This document shows positions 58,628 through 64,000 of a stretch of 64,000 bases of DNA, one piece after another. Position numbers and translations under genes: made by a program. The notes below the pieces were generated by a model. The model saw only the letters and a program-made list of their open reading frames with translations. It did not search any database and had not been told where the DNA came from. The DNA lies in assembly GCA_963848635.1 (NCBI GenBank), contig CAWKEA010000005.1, positions 352,585 to 416,584 of the forward strand, in the 5' to 3' direction. The DNA is from an uncultured bacterium. Its GTDB lineage: Bacteria; Patescibacteriota; Minisyncoccia; Phycocordibacterales; PALSA-1337. How positions within the stretch are numbered: the first letter of the stretch is position 1; each line of letters starts with the position of its first letter.

Positions 58628-60270
58628 TTAACTCTTCCCCCAGTTCTTTCCAATGCTACAGCCGACGACGAGCGGCACGCCCTTTGTTTCATCGAGGGAG
58701 ACGACTGTCTCCATTATCTTCTGTATCTCCGGTACGACCTTGGTCAAGATGTCATCTCGTACTTCAAGCACAAGCTCGTCATGCACTTGGAGGAGCAAGT
58801 AAACCGAATTCTCAAACTTGTTCGTTCTTTATATATTCAAATATCTTGACCATGGCGAGCTTGACGATGTCGGCTTCGGTGCCTTGGATCGGCGCATTTA
58901 TTGCCATGCGCTCGGCGCTGGCACGGATAAATGGGATAGGTGAAGCGATGTCGCCAAAATAGCGCCGGCGGCCAAAGAGAGTCTCGGTGTATCCTTTCCT
59001 CTTTGCTTCTGCTTTGACCGAATCGAGGTAGCGCGCGAGGCCGCTGAATGCTTGAAAATAATGGTTGTAGAATTCTTGCGCTTCGGGACGCGTGCCGCCC
59101 AAATTCTGCGCGCAAAGCGTTCACCCCCATGCCGTACATGACGCCGAAATTGATGACTTTCGCCTTGCGGCGCATCTCGGGCGTGATCTGGTCAGCCGGC
59201 ACGCCGAAGACCTTTGCGGCAACCTCCCTATGCACATCGCGGCCGCCTTTAAAGATCTTCATGAATTCCTCGTCATTGGCCAAAAATGCTGCGATGCGCA
59301 ATTCGATCTGCGAATAGTCGAGCGATACGAGAGAGAAGCCTTTTTCTGCGATGAAAGCGTCGCGGATGCGGCGGCCCTCTTCTGTTTGGATCGGTATATT
59401 CTGCAGATTCGGATTATTGGATGACATGCGGCCGGTCACCGCGCCCGTCTGATCGAACGTCGCATGCAGACGATCGTTGTCATCGAGAAGCGGCGGGATC
59501 GCGTCGATATACGTGCCGACAAGCTTTGCCAACTGCCGATAGTCGAGGATCTTTTTTACGATAGCATGCTCGGACAGCTTTAAAAGCTCGGACTCTTTTG
59601 TCGATCGGGCGCCGCCTGCAGTCTTCTTCATCCTGGGCACGCTCAACTGCAGCTTGTCGAAGAGAATGTCGCCGAGCTGTTTCGGTGAATTGATGTTGAA
59701 TTCTTGGCCAGCGAGCTGATAAATACCTTTTTCAAGCTCGCGAATCTTGCCATTATATTCCTTTGACAATTTTTCCATATATGCGCGGTCGATCTTTATC
59801 CCGCGCTCTTTCATGGCGTCGAGGACAGGTATAAGAGGAAGCTCGACCTCGTCATAAACTCGCGACAAGTTGCGTTGCTTTATCCCTTCAAGCACTGCTT
59901 TTTTCGCATCATCCCAATCTTTTGCATTCGTTATCGCGAGGACGTCCTCGTAGGTTGGACCTGTGTAGTTCGAATCGAGAAGCCAAGCGCCGACAGCGAT
60001 CGGACGGAGCTCCTCAAGCGGCACTGGCGATTCGATGGCTTTCTTCTTCTCTTTTTTAGCTGGAAGATCCTCGTCATATTCGAGGGTTGCAGAATTTTCG
60101 GCTTTTCCTTTACTTTTATTTTTTATATTCCCTTCATCTTTGAGTTTTGAATTTTGAGTTTTGACATTCTCACCCCTTCCACCACCGCTTTCACCCTCGC
60201 TCCAAGCGTCCTGAACTCGAGCTCTTTGAACAAAGTTTCTATTTTGCCGAAGTCGAAATCCTCGCGCCAT
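58628..60270 (-). CDS. polA: DNA polymerase I polymerase domain, Taq-like without active 3'-5' exonuclease domain (frameshifts near 59100 and 58805)
   Basis: motif A SLDYSQIELR, motif B RRKAKVINFGVMYGMG, then out-of-frame continuation ...LFGRRRYF...INAPIQGTEADIVKLAM... and final LLQVHDELVLEV...GKNWGKS. Confidence 0.75.
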
Positions 60271-61112
60271 TTTTTCGCTGGCAATTGGAAATCGATCGGC
60301 GCATCGCGGCGTATCGTAGCAAGCATCTTTGAGAACATGGCCTCTTCCTTGCCATTCTTGAGAAGCTCGATGATGCGCGCCTTGATCCCGGCGTCCAGGA
60401 GTTTTTTGTCGCTGTTCTTATCTTTTTCCAAGACTTTGTAAATGTCTTCGACCGACCCAAAATTGGTCATGAGGTCTGTAGCCGTCTTTTCTCCGATGCC
60501 TGCGATGCCGATGATGTTGTCCGACGGATCGCCGCGGAGGCCCTTGTAGTCAGGAATGAGCTTTGGCCCAAAGCCGAATCGCGCCATGACCGCTTTTTCG
60601 TTGTAGATGATCGTGTCCTTGATGCCTTTTTTCAAGGTATACACGCGCACATGATCGTCATCGATGAGTTGCATCGTGTCCATGTCGCCGGATGCGATGA
60701 TGATGTCTGCTTTTATCTTTTTCACTTCGACTTGCTCGACGATCGTGCCGAGAATATCGTCTGCCTCGAAACCAGGCACCGAATATTCCGGAATATTAAA
60801 GGCAGAAATCAGATCGTGCGATCGTTTGATCTGCGCCACGAGTTCCGGCGCCGTCTTTGGTCTGCCGGCTTTGTATGCCTTGTAAGCCTCATGCCGATAT
60901 GTCGGTCCTGGCAAGTCATACGCCGCGACGATGTAATCGGGCTGAAGCTCGTTCGCAATGCCGATCAACATGAGGGCAAGCCCATACAATCCGCCCGTTG
61001 GCTCGCCTTTCGACGAAGCAAAGTCAGGTATTGCGTGATACGCGCGGTGCAATATCGCGTGTGTGTCGAGGAGGACGAGGGTCGGTGATTTGGCGGTTTC
61101 TTTCTTTTTCAT
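60123..61112 (-). CDS. polA: Pol I-type 5'-3' exonuclease (FEN) domain, separate ORF or frameshifted N-terminus of polA
   Basis: LVLLDTHAILHRAYHA, GIAGIGEKTA HhH2 region; ORF terminates inside a family-1-like repeat tract (SKLKIQNSKMKGI) and overlaps the polymerase ORF by 148 nt. Confidence 0.8.
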   Translation of the reverse strand: MKKKETAKSPTLVLLDTHAILHRAYHAIPDFASSKGEPTGGLYGLALMLIGIANELQPDYIVAAYDLPGPTYRHEAYKAYKAGRPKTAPELVAQIKRSHDLISAFNIPEYSVPGFEADDILGTIVEQVEVKKIKADIIIASGDMDTMQLIDDDHVRVYTLKKGIKDTIIYNEKAVMARFGFGPKLIPDYKGLRGDPSDNIIGIAGIGEKTATDLMTNFGSVEDIYKVLEKDKNSDKKLLDAGIKARIIELLKNGKEEAMFSKMLATIRRDAPIDFQLPAKKWREDFDFGKIETLFKELEFRTLGARVKAVVEGVRMSKLKIQNSKMKGI

Positions 61113-61179
61113 ATCTCCATTGTACCCTAAATAAAGGGAAACCCGTCACAATGGATATTTCCTGTTGTGACGGGCTGTT

Positions 61180-61386
61180 TCAACCGACATAGAAACCATG
61201 GCCGTTTTCTTTTTCGGCTTTTTTGATAAAGGCTTGCCTTTCTCGTTCGGGGAGCCGTGCTAGCTCTTGATCAAAGTTCTGCTGCCGAACAATAGCGGCG
61301 AATTGCCCCCAGGCTACTCTTTCATTAGCTCTGCGCTCGTGCCATTCCATTTCAAGGTCGGACTGTCTCTTGCTTTTTCTTGGCAT
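61180..61386 (-). CDS. hypothetical small protein
   Basis: 68 aa charged ORF. Confidence 0.3.
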   Translation of the reverse strand: MPRKSKRQSDLEMEWHERRANERVAWGQFAAIVRQQNFDQELARLPERERQAFIKKAEKENGHGFYVG

Positions 61387-61448
61387 ACAGAATCCTTTTG
61401 TTCGTTTTACGAAGATTACAACAAGTTCAGTAAACTAACAAGGAGGTT

Positions 61449-61886
61449 TTACTCAAACCCGTACTCCCTCTCCGTCTCGCTCACAAATTCGCATTTAATT
61501 GTATGTGCGCCTTCTGGCAAGATTTCTTTCACATTCTCCGGCCATTCGATCAATATCAAATTATTTGGATCTTCGACAAGCTCCTCGAAATTCAAAACTT
61601 CGAGCTCGCGCGCCGATTCGAGGCGATATGCGTCAATATGGACAAGCCGAGGAAAATCAGAGTTTTTGGTCTTATATATTTTTTCAATGACGAACGTCGG
61701 GCTTGTCACCATCTCGTCAACCCCGAGCGCCGCGGCGACAGCTTTCACGAAAGCCGTTTTGCCTGAGCCGAGATTGCCAGACAATCCGACGACGAGCGCT
61801 TCAGTTTCTTTCTTTTCAAGAGAGGCAAGCCAATCGTCTGCGACGCGCGCTGTAGCGTCAAGAGATTTAGACAAAATTTTCTTCAT
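61449..61886 (-). CDS. tsaE: tRNA threonylcarbamoyladenosine biosynthesis protein TsaE
   Basis: LSGNLGSGKTAFVKAVAAALG Walker A and SPTFVIEKIY motif. Confidence 0.75.
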   Translation of the reverse strand: MKKILSKSLDATARVADDWLASLEKKETEALVVGLSGNLGSGKTAFVKAVAAALGVDEMVTSPTFVIEKIYKTKNSDFPRLVHIDAYRLESARELEVLNFEELVEDPNNLILIEWPENVKEILPEGAHTIKCEFVSETEREYGFE

Positions 61887-61904
61887 ACAAAGACTATAGT
61901 ACAA

Positions 61905-61938
61905 GGTCGGACCTTGTACAAGATGTCATCTTGGCAAG
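61905..61938. promoter_or_regulatory. adjacent perfect palindromes TACAAGGTC-G-GACCTTGTA and CAAGATG-T-CATCTTG
   Basis: upstream of tsaE; the second palindrome recurs at the sod promoter (49611..49625) and at 58735. Confidence 0.4.
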
Positions 61939-62017
61939 ATTCGGCTTGACGACGCCCCTCATAACAAAAAACCGGCCTCGCTCGAAAGCAAGACCGGATG
62001 GGAAGCAAGACTCCTGA

Positions 62018-62458
62018 TCAACGTCGCCGACCGCCGCTATAACTATAACGATAGTTCACAGCAGGACCGGAGACGACCACCCCTTGGGTATATCCGCCGC
62101 AACCGCCATAGCTGTAATCGACACCGCCACCACCGTAGCACTCGGTGCCCGGAACGACTACCTCGTTATCGACATGGCCACAGCCGCCGAGGAAACCCCG
62201 TAGGCCTGATCCAATCCATACGAACGGATTGATGTCGTAAGATGAATGGTGTTCGTAACTTTCGGATCCATTGACAACCGGTTGCGAAGGGCTGTTTGTG
62301 GCACAACCTGTTCCAACAGGACCGTTGCCAGGAGGCATGAAGGCTAAGGGGTTCGTATAATGTTTCTCATAACTGCCCCCGAACGAGATACATCCCGTGC
62401 CAATAACCGCAAGCACCGCAAGCAGACAAGCCATTAGACAGACTTTCAATATTTTCAT
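62018..62458 (-). CDS. secreted Gly/Cys/Tyr-rich small protein
   Basis: signal peptide with possible lipobox (AVIGTGC); repetitive GG, CG, YSY composition. Confidence 0.4.
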   Translation of the reverse strand: MKILKVCLMACLLAVLAVIGTGCISFGGSYEKHYTNPLAFMPPGNGPVGTGCATNSPSQPVVNGSESYEHHSSYDINPFVWIGSGLRGFLGGCGHVDNEVVVPGTECYGGGGVDYSYGGCGGYTQGVVVSGPAVNYRYSYSGGRRR

Positions 62459-62646
62459 ATGTGTTTCCTTTCAATGTTCATGCCACTTATGCTCTATTGA
62501 GCGGGTTTAAAGGTGAAGTGACGCACCGTATATTCTCTGAGGGTATTATAGCACACCTGATTATATTGTCAAGCACTGCAAATTCGAGACCGGTCTGTGC
62601 AAAAAGGGCCGTTTTTGCACGCCAAAAGTGCGCTATACTCATAGCA

Positions 62647-64000
62647 ATGATCCAATTTGACGAGGAAAAGCAAAAACAGAAGATCAGCCTGCTTTTACAC
62701 AAAGAAGAAGAAGATCTCGTGCAAGTCTTGTCTGACAAATACAATCTTCCGTATGTTGACCTTTCTTCGATTGCTGTAAACACCGATGCATTGCGGTATA
62801 TAGAGGAGCACAGCGCTCGAGAGGCAAAGGCCGCGGCTTTCGCCATAGTCAACAAAAAATTGAGCATCGCCGTGCGCGATCCTTCCCTGCCAAAACTGGC
62901 AGAGGTTCTTGAGAATATAAAAGGCAAAGGCTATGAGCCGGAACTGTATCTCGCTTCCATGGCAAGCCTCGAAAAGGCATGGGATCTCTACAAGGAGCTG
63001 TCGTTCGCTTCCGAAACAAAATCAGGATCGCTCGAGATATCGAGCGATGAGATCGAAGCGATCGTAAAAGAGGCCAAGGACCTGGCTACAGTCATCTCGA
63101 TCCTGACTAATACTGTTTCCTTGAAAAAAAGCTACCGGGTCTCCCGGATACTGGAGACTTCTATCGCCGGTGCACTGTCAACCGGAGCATCGGATATCCA
63201 TATCGAACCCGAAGAAACCTATGTGCGACTTCGTTACCGATTGGATGGCGTTCTCGTCGAAATCATAAGATTCGATACTGAGACATACGACTTGCTCTTG
63301 TCCCGCATCAAGCTTCTTTCCGGCATGAAGCTCAATCTCAAAAAACAGTCACAGGATGGCCGATTCAGCATCCATGTGAATAATTCTGACATCGAGATGC
63401 GCGTATCAGTCCTGCCGGGAGCATACAATGAATCTATCGTCATGCGCATCCTCAATCCGAAAAGCATTTCCGTGCCGCTCGAAGAGCTCGGCATACCTCC
63501 AAAGCTTCTCGCGATACTCTTGAAAGAGCTGGACAAGCCGAACGGCATGATACTGACGACAGGGCCGACAGGCTCCGGCAAGACGACGACGCTGTACGCA
63601 TTTTTGAAGAAAGCATACAATCCGGGAGTCAAGATAATCACGATCGAAGATCCTGTGGAATATCACTTGCCCGGCATCACCCAGACTCAAGTCAACGATA
63701 AAGGCTACAACTTCCTCGAGGGACTGCGCGCGGCGGTCCGACAGGATCCGGATATCATCATGGTCGGCGAGATCCGCGACGACGAGACAGCTGACATCGC
63801 CATAAACTCTGCCTTGACCGGCCACCTGGTGTTCTCCACACTGCATACCAATTCCGCCGCCGGGGCATTCCCTCGCCTCATCGACCTGCATGTCAATCCA
63901 AAAGTCATCACCTCGGCCTTGACCATCAGCATGGCTCAACGCCTCCTGCGCCGCCTCTGCCCTTTTTGCAAGAAAGAAACAGTGATCGACGGCGAAGTAA
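62647..64000 (+). CDS. type II secretion/type IV pilus assembly ATPase (GspE/PilB family), 3' partial at window edge
   Basis: Walker A GPTGSGKTTT, Asp box, Walker B IIMVGEIRD, His box TGHLVFSTLHTN, tetracysteine start CPFC; not in the ORF table because no stop codon occurs within the window. Confidence 0.8.
   Translation, partial: MIQFDEEKQKQKISLLLHKEEEDLVQVLSDKYNLPYVDLSSIAVNTDALRYIEEHSAREAKAAAFAIVNKKLSIAVRDPSLPKLAEVLENIKGKGYEPELYLASMASLEKAWDLYKELSFASETKSGSLEISSDEIEAIVKEAKDLATVISILTNTVSLKKSYRVSRILETSIAGALSTGASDIHIEPEETYVRLRYRLDGVLVEIIRFDTETYDLLLSRIKLLSGMKLNLKKQSQDGRFSIHVNNSDIEMRVSVLPGAYNESIVMRILNPKSISVPLEELGIPPKLLAILLKELDKPNGMILTTGPTGSGKTTTLYAFLKKAYNPGVKIITIEDPVEYHLPGITQTQVNDKGYNFLEGLRAAVRQDPDIIMVGEIRDDETADIAINSALTGHLVFSTLHTNSAAGAFPRLIDLHVNPKVITSALTISMAQRLLRRLCPFCKKETVIDGEV

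Noticed and set aside
63406-63939. 177-aa and two other minus-strand ORFs at 62487..63939
   Set aside because: Antisense to a GspE/PilB ATPase gene with intact Walker A, Walker B and His-box motifs on the plus strand.
1-64000. CRISPR arrays or rRNA genes
   Set aside because: No regularly spaced direct repeats with unique spacers were seen. The repeats present are inverted-repeat hairpins. No rRNA-like conserved stretches were recognized.

Overview
The window is dominated by a minus-strand block of translation genes. Reading from high to low coordinates: tuf, rpsJ, rplC, rplD, rplW, rplB, then a roughly 9 kb insertion, then rpsS, rplV, rpsC, rplP, rpmC, rpsQ, rplN, rplX, rplE. Further along are fusA, then a 2.3 kb insertion, then rpsG and rpsL. 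Other housekeeping genes include aspS (lacking the bacterial GAD insertion), a Taq-like polA carried as separate 5'-3' exonuclease and polymerase ORFs, murE, mutM, ruvA, rnhA, rpsT, rpmB, tsaE, holA, sod, a GspE/PilB ATPase (3' partial), tRNA-Lys(UUU) and tRNA-Arg(GCG).

Accessory content:
- three orphan sensor histidine kinases
- a MacA/MacB-like ABC exporter whose ATPase and permease genes are separated by a DUF3800 gene and a P-loop kinase gene
- a Fic-family gene
- a tandem-duplicated secreted protein gene, one copy decayed
- secreted repeat proteins (GYAWS...GW repeats; Kre9-like plus peptidoglycan-binding)
- an ORF6N, nucleoside-2-deoxyribosyltransferase-like and TspO trio inserted between fusA and rpsG
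- a split PEP-utilizing-enzyme gene pair next to an IS1595-family transposase remnant

The most unusual locus is a translationally coupled three-gene minus-strand cassette at 15804..18583. It encodes an alpha/beta hydrolase, a MetRS-core paralog with intact zinc knuckle but degenerate HIGH and KMSKS motifs, and a Pol-beta-type nucleotidyltransferase. The cassette is bracketed by imperfect direct repeats of a histidine-kinase 3' terminus.

Two families of roughly 80-105 bp AT-rich hairpin repeats occupy the ribosomal-protein intergenic spacers. The arms of one family are read through as C-terminal KTQNAK tails of S3 and L22. Related tracts sit in frame inside rnhA and at the polA exonuclease/polymerase junction.

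About a dozen frameshifts interrupt otherwise conserved genes, including rplB, polA, murE, macA, macB and the Fic gene. This points either to assembly errors or to a decaying genome, and it tempers every pseudogene call below.

The small-genome gene repertoire suggests, by inference only, a reduced bacterium such as a Patescibacteria/CPR-like lineage.
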